This document shows positions 1 through 8,920 of a DNA stretch of 64,000 nt, piece by piece. How positions within the stretch are numbered: the stretch's first letter is position 1; each line of letters begins with the position of its first letter. The position numbers and the translations under genes are program-made. The notes below the pieces were generated by a model that did not search any database, was not told the DNA's origin, and was given only the letters and a program-made list of their open reading frames with translations. This stretch comes from Myxococcota bacterium (GTDB lineage Bacteria; Myxococcota_A; UBA9160; UBA4427): the NCBI GenBank assembly GCA_965250285.1, contig OZ252299.1:896001-960000 (forward strand), read 5' to 3'.

Positions 1-670
1 GCCAGGTGGGGGCATGGCGCTCGAGGATCTCGATCCAGCGTCCGCCTCCCGCCTGTCGGCACAGCCTCTCGATCGCTTCGAGCAGCGGCAGATACGACTC
101 GCTGTCGCCGTAGCCCCCCATGCACTGACCGTGGCAACAGACGGCATCCCCCGCATCCTGTCGCGCTGCGACGAAGGCTTCGACGATGGAGGTCTTCCCG
201 ATGCCGGGCTCGCCGTGCACGAAGACCGTGCGGCGATCTCCGCCGACCGCCTCGGCGAACCACTCGTTCAGCTGGTGCAGGGCGGAATCGCGTCCGACCA
301 ATCGGGTGATGCCGCTGGTGGTCGCGTCGGGCGCGGCTCCGTCCTCGATCGGAACGCCAAGCTGTCCGATGAAGCGGTAGCCGCGGCCGTGCACGGTCTC
401 GATGAACTGCGGTGCGGCGGCATCGTCGCCGAGCGCTCGTCGCAGCTCGCGCAGGGTGCTGCGAACCGTATCGGAGCTCACCGTCGTCTCGCCCCAGACG
501 GCGCGGAGGAGCTCTTCTTTGGAGATCAGCTTGCGAGGGTGGGTCGCCAGATGCAGCAGGATCGCGATGGTCTTCGGCTTCAACGTGATCTCGTCGAGGC
601 CGCGCCACAGGCGCTGCGATTCGAGATCGAGCCGATAGGGCGGGAAGCTGAGAGAGCCGGATCGACTCAT
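1..670 (-). CDS. CadC/OmpR-type winged-helix regulator fused to an AAA/STAND-like ATPase (runs off the left edge)
   Basis: Not in the ORF track (no stop in window). Manual translation from ATG 670 gives MSRSGSLSFPPYRLDLESQRLWRG...LISKEELLRAVWGETTVS...LRRALGDDAAAPQFIETVHGRGYRF, then LVGRDSAL...VFVHGEPGIGKT (Walker A). Confidence 0.9.
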   Translation of the reverse strand, partial: MSRSGSLSFPPYRLDLESQRLWRGLDEITLKPKTIAILLHLATHPRKLISKEELLRAVWGETTVSSDTVRSTLRELRRALGDDAAAPQFIETVHGRGYRFIGQLGVPIEDGAAPDATTSGITRLVGRDSALHQLNEWFAEAVGGDRRTVFVHGEPGIGKTSIVEAFVAARQDAGDAVCCHGQCMGGYGDSESYLPLLEAIERLCRQAGGGRWIEILERHAPTW

Positions 671-1037
671 TCAGGGCGCATCCGCTCACGGCCGCTTTGC
701 AACGGGCACATCACGGAGACTCACCGTCCGGTGGTCGGTTTGCGGGCCGGCCGGCGTCGGCGGCGAAGGGTTGCCCTGCGTCGTCGCGATGGTGGCGGGG
801 CCGAGCCGGCGACCATCGAACGCTCGCGGTCGCCGATGCGCCCCTTCGTTCGAGGGTCGTCCTGGGCATCACGCGACACGCTAGCGCGTCCGGCCATTCG
901 GTGGGTCAGCGAACGGACGACGCCCGAGCCGAGTGCGACCGACCATCGCACCCACGCGTCGCGCTCGGTGCCTGACCGAAGCCGCCAGAGCCGGATCGGT
1001 CGCCCGCGACCCGACTCTGGCGCGCATGGGCCCGCTG

Positions 1038-3551
1038 TCAGCGGACCGCCAGTCGGCGACGCCGCAGTGTTTCGAGCAACAACACCCCGGCGAGGAGCGA
1101 GGCGCCCATGCCGGGCTCGGGGACGGCCACGGTGGGCACGTCTGGTCCATTCGCGAACGAGGCGGCCACCTCGGGTCCCGTCAGCGCCTGGTGGTAGAGC
1201 CGGAACTCGTCGATGGTCCCGTCGAAGTACCACTCGTTGCCGCTGTTGGAGCGGCCGAGCCAGTTGTTGACGTCGTTCAGATTCTCCAGCATCGCCGTCG
1301 TCGTCGTCTGGTCGATGAGGACTCCGTCTCGGTAGAAGGAGAGCTGGTGCAGGCCGGCGCCCGCTCCGTCCTGCTCGAACGTCACCGCGACGTGGTAGAT
1401 CGTGGCGAGCGAGGTGGGCTCGGACATGTGGACCCCTCCGGTCGAGAACCCGTCATTCATCGAAACATCCTGCAGGCCGATGTCCCAGCCCTGGGTGGGT
1501 CGATACCCGATGTAGAACTGGTTGCCCGCGATCGGTGCCGGTGGCACTTCGTTGCCCCCCGAACTCCCGAAATCGAAGAGCCGGCTCCACCACATGGCCG
1601 AGTCGATCGAGTACCAGATCTCGAACGTCGCCGAGTCGAGCGCCGAGACCAGTCCATTGGGCAGGTCGACGTACCCGGCGTCGGACAGCTCGCCGCCACC
1701 AGGAAGGCTGATACCACCGCCGGTGAAGGCAGCGCCGAGACCGAGGACCGTGCCGTGCGCTCCGCAGTTGTCTTCGACCGCGGTCGTGCCGGACGGGGCG
1801 GGTGCGGCGGTCTCATCGAATCGCCAGCGGTAGACGCTGCACGAGCTTTCCTCGGCGGCGACGACATCGAGTAGATCGCCATACGGGAAGAAGCGTCCGT
1901 TGTGCTCGGGACGAGCCCGCATCCTGTAGTTGCCCGGCGAGGCGGGGATGAAGTCGAAATTCAGGACCGGACCGAGATCGACCACCTGATCCGAGACGAC
2001 CTCGTTGAAGTTCGTAAGCTCGATGTGGTCGAGCTTCCAGGCCCAGCTGATGTCCGGTGCTACACAGCAGTACCCGCCTCCATCGTACGCGAAGCGAATT
2101 CTCGCGACCGTGCCCGCATAGGCCCCGAGCGGAACAGTGACGCCTTCCCAGTCCTGCATGTTGAAGTCGTCGGTGCCGTAGTAGGCGACCAACTCGGTCC
2201 ACGTCGTGCCCCCGTCGACGCTGATCTCGACCTTTCCTGCGGTCGTTGGTGCAGCGAATCCGAGCTGATGCTGGAAGCTCAACGCCGTGTCCGAGCGGAC
2301 CTCGATATCGACGTCGAGCTCGATGGCCTCGAAGTTGCCCGTGTAGTGCCAGAGGCGGTAGGCGTTGCTACCGGAGTAGACCCGCTCACTCTGCACGATG
2401 TCATAGCCACCGTCCGTCGTGATCAGCACGTTCTGCTCACCCGGCTCGGCGCCTTCGAAGAGGTCGAGTGCGGGCTGAGTCGCCACGATGTTGACCTGGT
2501 AGTTCGTGGCGGCGGGCACTGGGCTGATCGCGTAGGCGTTGATCTCGCCCACCGTCGGCGTGAGCGAGCCCGTCATGACCGGCGGAAAGTAGTCGAGGAT
2601 CAAGTCGTGCTTCTCGTTGCCGCCGCTCACCACGACGGCGGACACGTCGTCGGCCATGAAGGGCGCGGAGAACGTGACGGTGTAGGCACCATCGCCGGGC
2701 ACGGGGACCGCCCAGGCGCCGGAGTCCGTGGTCTCGGCGTCGAAGCTCGCGCCGGCGACGGTCACCTCAACTCCGCCGAGTCCTTCGTCGATGTCGTAGA
2801 AGTCGTCGTCATCCACATCGAGGATGGCGATGCCGGTGAGGTAGGTGAGCCCCCGGTCGCCGAAGTTCTCCGTCACGGCGATGAGCGGGCCGTACATGCC
2901 CGCTTTGGGATGGACCCCGATGCCGACCTCGCTGAATGCGGAGCTGAAGATGGCCCCTCGGTGGCCGGCTGGCGTCTGCATGCCGCCCGTGCTCGGGCAC
3001 TCACAGGGGTCCACGAGGAAGTTCGCATGCGCGGCGGTCGCGTCACCCTCGTGGACCACGTTCTCGCTGGCGGCGAGTCCGGAATATCCCACCACGGCGA
3101 GGCGGTCGCCGATCGTCCCATTCGGAATCAGCGGCGCGGGCGGGGACGCCGAGGAGATGTGTCCGAAGAAGTCATTGTCCACCATGTCCTGGGAGTGCAG
3201 CCCGGACACCCAATCGAGGCTCGACTGGAAGGCCAGAGGCTGCAGAGGGCTGGGCAGCGCCGCCATCTGCGCCTGAAAGAGCGGGATGTCGACGGCGAAG
3301 AAGGTGAGCAGGCCCTGTGCGCTTGGGTACGTCCCATCGATGACCCGTGTGGCCTCGGCGGTCGAGCTCAGCCGCGCCCGATTGATCAACTCGACGATGA
3401 GGACCTCGTCGGGCGAGGGGTCGCCGATCGGATGGAGGGGGAGGGCGCTCACTGGGGAGACCCCGGTGAGCGCTAAGAGCACGAATGCGAAGGCGAAGGC
3501 AGCCGCGAGACGTTTTGCAGACCGACTCGGGAAACGAGGGAGAGGGAGCAT
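1038..3551 (-). CDS. Secreted CAP(SCP)-domain / LamG-domain PEP-CTERM protein
   Basis: Signal peptide; CAP motifs ELINRAR, HSQDM..FFGH, GHRGAIF..EVGIG; LamG-like C-terminal domain (YHVAVTF..YRDG..FDGTIDEFRLY); ends VPEPG-TM-RRRR. Confidence 0.88.
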   Translation of the reverse strand: MLPLPRFPSRSAKRLAAAFAFAFVLLALTGVSPVSALPLHPIGDPSPDEVLIVELINRARLSSTAEATRVIDGTYPSAQGLLTFFAVDIPLFQAQMAALPSPLQPLAFQSSLDWVSGLHSQDMVDNDFFGHISSASPPAPLIPNGTIGDRLAVVGYSGLAASENVVHEGDATAAHANFLVDPCECPSTGGMQTPAGHRGAIFSSAFSEVGIGVHPKAGMYGPLIAVTENFGDRGLTYLTGIAILDVDDDDFYDIDEGLGGVEVTVAGASFDAETTDSGAWAVPVPGDGAYTVTFSAPFMADDVSAVVVSGGNEKHDLILDYFPPVMTGSLTPTVGEINAYAISPVPAATNYQVNIVATQPALDLFEGAEPGEQNVLITTDGGYDIVQSERVYSGSNAYRLWHYTGNFEAIELDVDIEVRSDTALSFQHQLGFAAPTTAGKVEISVDGGTTWTELVAYYGTDDFNMQDWEGVTVPLGAYAGTVARIRFAYDGGGYCCVAPDISWAWKLDHIELTNFNEVVSDQVVDLGPVLNFDFIPASPGNYRMRARPEHNGRFFPYGDLLDVVAAEESSCSVYRWRFDETAAPAPSGTTAVEDNCGAHGTVLGLGAAFTGGGISLPGGGELSDAGYVDLPNGLVSALDSATFEIWYSIDSAMWWSRLFDFGSSGGNEVPPAPIAGNQFYIGYRPTQGWDIGLQDVSMNDGFSTGGVHMSEPTSLATIYHVAVTFEQDGAGAGLHQLSFYRDGVLIDQTTTTAMLENLNDVNNWLGRSNSGNEWYFDGTIDEFRLYHQALTGPEVAASFANGPDVPTVAVPEPGMGASLLAGVLLLETLRRRRLAVR

Positions 3552-3696
3552 GGGCGTGTGCACCTCGGGCTCACCGCAGGTCGAGGCCATGCGGATGAAG
3601 GCGCATCCTCTCCAGCCGGACCCGTAGCGGACTGCAGCGACGCGCGTTTCAGATGCCGCGCATCCTACGAGCCGCCCTCACTTCACCACAATGCGA

Positions 3697-3734
3697 TGCA
3701 CGATAACTGCACGAACGGTCTGTTCGATTGCACG
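3697..3734. promoter_or_regulatory. Helically phased TGCACG direct repeats upstream of the CAP/PEP-CTERM gene
   Basis: TGCACG at 3697, 3708 and 3729 (spacings 11 and 21) in an AT-richer intergenic patch. Confidence 0.4.
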
Positions 3735-3851
3735 GATCCCGGAAGCCCATTCGTCGCGCGGCCGAGCTTCATGGGCCTCGGGCCGGCCCCGCGCCAGGGT
3801 TTCGGGTTCGACCAGGCCTCGAAGCCGAGCTTCTCGCGCTTGCCCGTTGCT

Positions 3852-4535
3852 CTAGTCGACGCGGCGCGTGTGGATCGCGCCCCGCAACCGGGGGGTGCGG
3901 ATCACGAGCGAAGCGCTCGCCACCAGGAGCGCGCCCAGGAGCGCGGCCGACGGCGCCGAGAGCCCAGGCACGCTGGCCGGCAACGCGGTGATCACGAAGT
4001 CCTCGACGGGAACGAGGCCCGACCCGGCATCGAGCTCGACGCCAATCAATACGATGGACCCCAGAGAAGCGTCTGCGTTCTCGAAGCTCAGCTGGCCGAG
4101 GTAGCCCGTCGGCGTGGCGACGAAGATCCGAAACGGTGTGGGCTGGACGCCCGAGAGCTGGCCGGTTTCGTCGAAGTCGAAGGTGAGGACCCGCGCCCCA
4201 TCCGGTGCGAACGGCGTGGGCTGGATCCCCGACACGTCGCCCTCTCCGGCCGGAAAGAAGGGGGTCGGCTCGACACCCGAAACCTCCTCGGTGCCGGCGA
4301 GCCAGATCGTCTCGTTCGTCTCGCCTTGCGTGACCCGCCCAGCTGCGATCCCGCCGAGACCCAGTGGCCCGCCGGCGAGCAGGTGGATGGTCTGGCTGCC
4401 ATCCGGGCGCGCCTCGACGTCGAAGCGTGCCTGGAGGTCGGTGAAGACGACATCGGACCACGCGGGGGCCGCGGGACCGAGTGCCATCGCCGCGAGCGAG
4501 AGTGCAGCCGCACGAAGCCGGATCGAGCGAGTCAT
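3852..4535 (-). CDS. Secreted protein with three SG[VI][EQ]PTPF motifs and an IPTL-CTERM-like tail
   Basis: GAAGGAGG RBS before ATG 4535; signal peptide ending PAWS; VSGVEPTPF, VSGIQPTPF, LSGVQPTPF; C-terminal VPGLS-TM-basic residues. Confidence 0.8.
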   Translation of the reverse strand: MTRSIRLRAAALSLAAMALGPAAPAWSDVVFTDLQARFDVEARPDGSQTIHLLAGGPLGLGGIAAGRVTQGETNETIWLAGTEEVSGVEPTPFFPAGEGDVSGIQPTPFAPDGARVLTFDFDETGQLSGVQPTPFRIFVATPTGYLGQLSFENADASLGSIVLIGVELDAGSGLVPVEDFVITALPASVPGLSAPSAALLGALLVASASLVIRTPRLRGAIHTRRVD

Positions 4536-4668
4536 TCGATCACCTCCTTCAGCGAATCCAGAGCCAGCGCAGCCTTGGAGGATGAATCGGCTCGCCGCAG
4601 CGGGGCTGGGCACCCGGCGACCGTCCTCCTGATCATCTTATGCGAACCGAGAGACGTTTTGGTTCGTC

Positions 4669-4737
4669 TCGAGCCGGGCGCTCGCGATCGAGCCCCGGGG
4701 CGCTCGGGTTCGAGCCCCGGGGCGCTCGGGTTCGAGC
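4669..4737. repeat. Tandem 22-bp palindromic (REP-like) repeat
   Basis: TCGAGCCCCGGGGCGCTCGGGT at 4688 and 4710, a degenerate unit at 4669 and a partial unit at 4732; each unit can fold CGAGC/GCTCG. Confidence 0.8.
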
Positions 4738-4884
4738 ATCGATCGAGGCCGCGCCCGCTGCATCGCGCCCGCTCGGCTGCCCGCCGGAGCGTCACACCGC
4801 TTCGAGCGAGGGGCGCGATCGGGTAAATTTTGCGCGGATCGGCCGCAGTCGGCACGCATTCCGCGGCCGAAGTGCTCACCGAGA

Positions 4885-4900
4885 GGGCATGCAACTTGCT
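4885..4900 (+). promoter_or_regulatory. Putative sigma54 -24/-12 promoter
   Basis: GGGCATGCAACTTGCT fits GG-N10-GC with the TTGCW -12 box, about 55 bp upstream of ATG 4957. Confidence 0.55.
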
Positions 4901-4956
4901 GGATCTCTCGTCGAGCGCTTCACCGGTCGAGGCGCGAGCGAGGGGAGGGCGACGAC

Positions 4957-6051
4957 ATGCGCGAAGTATGGCACCACGACGTGGATGGGACGCTGGCCGC
5001 CTATGCGAAATCGATTCGCAGCGCGGGCGCCGGTCTCTTCGTGAACGGCGCAGGCGAGATCGGACTCTCGCTGCTCAAGGTCGCGCTCAACGCCGGGATC
5101 CCGATCTCGGGGATCCACGAGCCGCATCCGCGGGCCGACCTGGAGCGGCTCGCCGCGCGGCTCGGGATGGGACGCTCCGCAGACGTCTCGTTCGATGCGG
5201 AGACGCAAACGGTGAGCGCCAAGGGGCAGACGATCCCGGTGCTGCGAGAGCTTCCGTCGGCGGGGCGGTTTCTCGACGCCCCTGAGTTCGAGCGTGTCGT
5301 CGTCCTCGACTGCAGCGGCTTCGAGTACACGCGCGCGCGCGCGGAGACGTTCCTCTCCGCTGGAGCCGATGCGGTGTTCTTCTCTGGGCCGGGCGCGACG
5401 CCCGATGAGCGCAAGCATATCCCGCTCCTGCTGCACGGCGTCAGCCTCGACGCGATGACGCCCGAGATGAAGATCGGCAGCATGGGCAGCTGCACGACGA
5501 ACAGCGTGGTCGCGCCGATCCTCGCGCTGCACGAGGCCTACGGCGTCGAAGGCGGCCTCATGATGAGCGTCCACAGCGCGACCAACTCAGACAGCGCGTG
5601 CGATACCTGGTCGAGTCGCGGGATCCTCGATGCGCTCGGCAAGCCGGGCGGCTCGGGGGCGCTGAAGCTCGTGGGGCTGCTCGTCGAAGAGCTGGCCGAT
5701 GCGTTCGCGGGCGGCGCCATCCGCATCCCCGCGGCCGACGGCTCGATGACGTATCTCGACCTCTTCGTGGCGGACGACTCGGTGGACGCCGAGGCCATCA
5801 ACGAAGTGCTGGCGGGGGTGGCGGCCCGCAGCGTGTTCTTCGGCTCGAACGGCGCCGCCGACCCGCTGACGATCAGCGACGTGCGAGAGAGCTACTACCT
5901 GGCGTGGCTCGACCCGAGACAGACCCGCGTCGTCCCGATCGACGGGAAGGGGGCCATGGTGCAGATCGCATCCGCCTACTCGAACAAGTGGGGATTCGCC
6001 GCCGCGCTTCTCGCCCTGCCGGCGCGCTGGCTGGAGGTCGCCGGCTCCTAG
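4957..6051 (+). CDS. Divergent glyceraldehyde-3-phosphate dehydrogenase family protein
   Basis: VNGAGEIG (cf. INGFGRIG), SMGSCTTNS (catalytic Cys), SVHSAT (catalytic His), AIRIP, AYSNKWGF (cf. WYDNEWGY). Confidence 0.85.
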   Translation: MREVWHHDVDGTLAAYAKSIRSAGAGLFVNGAGEIGLSLLKVALNAGIPISGIHEPHPRADLERLAARLGMGRSADVSFDAETQTVSAKGQTIPVLRELPSAGRFLDAPEFERVVVLDCSGFEYTRARAETFLSAGADAVFFSGPGATPDERKHIPLLLHGVSLDAMTPEMKIGSMGSCTTNSVVAPILALHEAYGVEGGLMMSVHSATNSDSACDTWSSRGILDALGKPGGSGALKLVGLLVEELADAFAGGAIRIPAADGSMTYLDLFVADDSVDAEAINEVLAGVAARSVFFGSNGAADPLTISDVRESYYLAWLDPRQTRVVPIDGKGAMVQIASAYSNKWGFAAALLALPARWLEVAGS

Positions 6052-6279
6052 CGGTCGGGGTCGCTCACGACAGTCGCCGCGCCAGGCCAGTGGGGAAGGG
6101 CGGCCGGCCACTTCTCAGTGTCGGCCGCGCCTCCGACAAGCCCACCGATCCCGACTGAGCAGACTCCGCTGCAAGTGACCGAGCTCGCGGCGTTCGCACG
6201 GGATCGTCGACGAAAGGTCGAACTCGGCTTCGCGCGATCAGATATCCTCACGTGACACACGAATCGGACGGGATCCATC

Positions 6280-7134
6280 GTGATCCGACTCTGCACAGAG
6301 CCCCATGCGAGCGTTCGGGCCCGCGAAAGACGGGCAAGCCGCCCCCTCGGCGAAACGTCGAGCCACTCGGGATCACTGAGGCGGGGGCTGCGGCTGCGGC
6401 TGGCGACGCTCGGCCTGTTTCTCCTGCTCGTTTCCCCAGTCGCGTCGGTCGCGCGCGCGCAGGGGGGATCTTGCGTCGACAACGATGGAGACGGATACGG
6501 CGTCAACGGCCACGTCACCTGCCCGCAGTCGGGGATCGACTGTGACGATGCCGACGGGTCGATCAACCCGGGCGTCGATGACGATGGCGATGGATTCGAC
6601 GTCTGCGTCGATTGTGACGACACCGACGCGGACATCAACCCGGGCGTCGATGACGATGGCGATGGGTTCGACGTCTGCGTCGATTGTGACGACACCGACG
6701 CCGACATCAATCCGGGCGTCGATGACGACGACGATGGCGAAGATGTGTGCACCGATTGCGACGACACCGACGATGGCATCGGCGGTGGCCTCGGTGTCGA
6801 CAACGATGGAGACGGGTTCGACGCCTGCGTCGACTGCAACGACTTCGATCCCTCGGTCGCGGTGGACGGGGACGGAGACGGCTTCAGCGCGTGCGTCGAC
6901 TGCGACGACACCGACGCGGACATCAATCCGGGTGTGGACGCCGACGGGGATGGCTTCAACGTGTGTGTCGATTGCGACGACACGGATTCCCTGATCGGGG
7001 GCGGATGCGGCCCGGCGCCTCTGCCCGTGCTGGCCGCGTGGAGCCGGCCGCTGCTGGTCGCCATCCTCTTGATCGCAGCGTGCACGCTGATCTCGCACGG
7101 AGCAACGCGGCGCCGATCGAGGCCACACGGTTGA
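6280..7134 (+). CDS. Secreted Asp/Cys-rich repeat protein (MopE-related putative metal-binding motif) with an IPTL-CTERM-like tail
   Basis: About 7 DxDGDG..DCDDxDxxINPG-type repeats; signal peptide ending ARA; C-terminal LPVLAAWS-TM-RRRSR. Start uncertain. Confidence 0.85.
   Translation: MIRLCTEPHASVRARERRASRPLGETSSHSGSLRRGLRLRLATLGLFLLLVSPVASVARAQGGSCVDNDGDGYGVNGHVTCPQSGIDCDDADGSINPGVDDDGDGFDVCVDCDDTDADINPGVDDDGDGFDVCVDCDDTDADINPGVDDDDDGEDVCTDCDDTDDGIGGGLGVDNDGDGFDACVDCNDFDPSVAVDGDGDGFSACVDCDDTDADINPGVDADGDGFNVCVDCDDTDSLIGGGCGPAPLPVLAAWSRPLLVAILLIAACTLISHGATRRRSRPHG
6562..6775 (+). repeat. Intragenic 72-bp tandem repeat
   Basis: Near-identical units start at 6562, 6634 and 6706, encoding INPGVDDDGDGFDVCVDCDDTDAD. 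Confidence 0.85.
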
Positions 7135-7220
7135 TCAAGAGGTCGCCGGCGCGGGGATCCCTCTAGGGAACCTCTCTTCGCCTCTGTCATCGGCCGCAGG
7201 GCCCGCAAGAAGTAGAGTCA

Positions 7221-7256
7221 AAGAGCCCCCGTCGCAGCGATGCAGCGGGGGCTCTT
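7221..7256. terminator. Probable bidirectional terminator hairpin
   Basis: AAGAGCCCCCG...CGGGGGCTCTT inverted repeat between convergent genes. Confidence 0.7.
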
Positions 7257-7280
7257 GCATTCGCGACGCCGCTGACTCGA

Positions 7281-8378
7281 TCACGGGCAGGGCGATGTAC
7301 CCGCGCAGGCGAGACCCGACGGCCCCGGGAGTTCGTAGCCGTCGCGCAAAGACGAGAAAATCAAACTGATCTCATCGTGACTGATCGCACCATCGCAGTC
7401 GTAGAAGTCGTAGACGCTCTCGCCCGCTGTCCCGCGTACGTTCCAGAGCAGGAAGAAGTCTGCGAGACTGACCGCGCCATCATTGTCGAAGTCCCTGTCG
7501 CAGGGGGTTCCGTAGCCGTCCGCGTCTGCGTCTTCCTGATCGTCGCAGAGCCTCGTCCCCGCCAGTGGACCGTTCGGTCGGACGAGACAATTGTCGTCGA
7601 CATCGAGCACGCCGTCTGCGTCGAGGTCGCCCGGCAGCGAGGCCTCGGTGGGCGCAGACACCGCCGCACCGAAGAGCACGAGGGCGACGACAGCGAACCG
7701 GGTACTTGCCTCGGGCAGCAGACGTCGCCCCGAGACTGCGATCCCGCCGGCGAGCAGCACGAGCGCAAGCGTCCCGAGCATGGGCACCGCGGCGGCATTC
7801 ACGAAGATCGAGCTACCCGCATCGATCGTTCCCGAGATGTCGACCAGGCTGCTGTTCTGGCCCGAGCCGACCGCCACGATGTTGCCATCGCGATCGACGG
7901 CGAGGCCGATCTCACCCGAGCCGATGCCGATCGGCTTGAAGGCGACCGTGGCGATCACGACGTCGCTGGCGGTCTCGTTCTGCGAGGGAAGGAAACTCCA
8001 CCACATGAAGTCGATGTTCACCTGGTCGTTCGCCAGCGGCCAAGGCAGTGGTTCACCGGGGTGCGGCCAGGCGGGAGACCGGAGGTCTGTCGGCGGCGCC
8101 TTCCCGGCCCCGGGGTGGTAGAGAATGTACTCGGGCATCGATGACGATTCGGGCGCGTATTCGAGCACGTCAGGCGGATACACGACGGCCACCGACAGCA
8201 GCGAGAGCCCGGTATCTCCCTCGGTGTCGATGTGCACATCGACGGTGATTTCCTCACCGAGCTCGAGCACGCCCCCCGTGTAGTCCGTGCTCAGCCATAG
8301 GCGATACGCCGCTGCTGGCGAGGCGACGAACGCAGTGAGACACACGATGGCGAGAATCGATCCGGGGCGCTTGATCAC
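7281..8378 (-). CDS. Cohesin-like domain + internal IPTL-CTERM-like signal + second signal-like segment + TSP3/dockerin-like Ca-binding domain
   Basis: GTG 8378 with purine-rich RBS; signal ending PAAA; cohesin-like GEEITVDVHID..SVAVVYPPDVLEY..IATVAFK; VPMLGTLALVLLAGGIAVSGRR; DADGVLDVDDNC..QEDADADGYGTPCD; DFDNDGAVSLADF; ends PGPSGLACAGTSPCP. Confidence 0.8.
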   Translation of the reverse strand: MIKRPGSILAIVCLTAFVASPAAAYRLWLSTDYTGGVLELGEEITVDVHIDTEGDTGLSLLSVAVVYPPDVLEYAPESSSMPEYILYHPGAGKAPPTDLRSPAWPHPGEPLPWPLANDQVNIDFMWWSFLPSQNETASDVVIATVAFKPIGIGSGEIGLAVDRDGNIVAVGSGQNSSLVDISGTIDAGSSIFVNAAAVPMLGTLALVLLAGGIAVSGRRLLPEASTRFAVVALVLFGAAVSAPTEASLPGDLDADGVLDVDDNCLVRPNGPLAGTRLCDDQEDADADGYGTPCDRDFDNDGAVSLADFFLLWNVRGTAGESVYDFYDCDGAISHDEISLIFSSLRDGYELPGPSGLACAGTSPCP

Positions 8379-8408
8379 GATCCATCCCTTTCGAGGTCGA
8401 AGCGGCTT

Positions 8409-8843
8409 GTGGCTGCATCGTATGATGGAGTCCGCTTCGAAATCGAGTTCAGACTGCAGGGGGATGCGATTCTCGTCGGTGCCGCGGCCAGGCTCGACCC
8501 GCTCTACGGGGTGCCCGTGGGAGGCGGCGTGCTCGACTGGCTCGTGGAGACCGAGGTGCCCGCGGTCGGGACACTCTTCTTCGGCGGCAACGCGTATACG
8601 TTCGACGTGACCGTCGCGACCGTTTCCGAGGCCTTCTAGGCCTCGAGCCCTGGGCGCGCCACGTACCGGGGGCAGCTCACGATCGATGCGGACCGGCTGA
8701 TCCCCGCGGAGTTCAACGAAGGCGGCGTCGACGATCAATCGAGTGTGCCTGTCGGCTGGACCGCCACTGTCCCCGAACCTTCGACGGCCTTGCTCGTGGG
8801 GTTGGGTCTGCTCGGTGTTGCGGTCGCGCGACGACGTCTCTGA
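8409..8843 (+). pseudogene. 5'-truncated PEP-CTERM gene with an in-frame TAG
   Basis: The frame continues past TAG 8637-8639 to ...TATVPEPSTALLVGLGLLGVAVARRRL-TGA 8843. No signal peptide, and it begins about 30 bp from the divergent start at 8378. Confidence 0.8.
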
Positions 8844-8920
8844 CGCGACGCCCTGGGCGCGTCGCGGCTAGGACGAACAAGACCCGTTTGCTGCTCCAGG
8901 TCCGATAAGCAATCGCTATG

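Noticed and set aside
14..1270. 418-aa plus-strand ORF and the many other long Arg/Ala/Pro-rich ORFs (e.g. 23126..26206, 33528..36071, 58274..61000)
   Set aside because: Antisense or off-frame shadows of recognisable genes, expected in high-GC DNA.
4850..4864. Second sigma54-like site CGGCACGCATTCCGC
   Set aside because: The -12 box is poor compared with the 4885-4900 site; likely chance.
8637..8639. Pyrrolysine or genome-wide TAG recoding
   Set aside because: TAG is the normal stop of several intact genes here (infA, vapC, moaA); no pyl genes.
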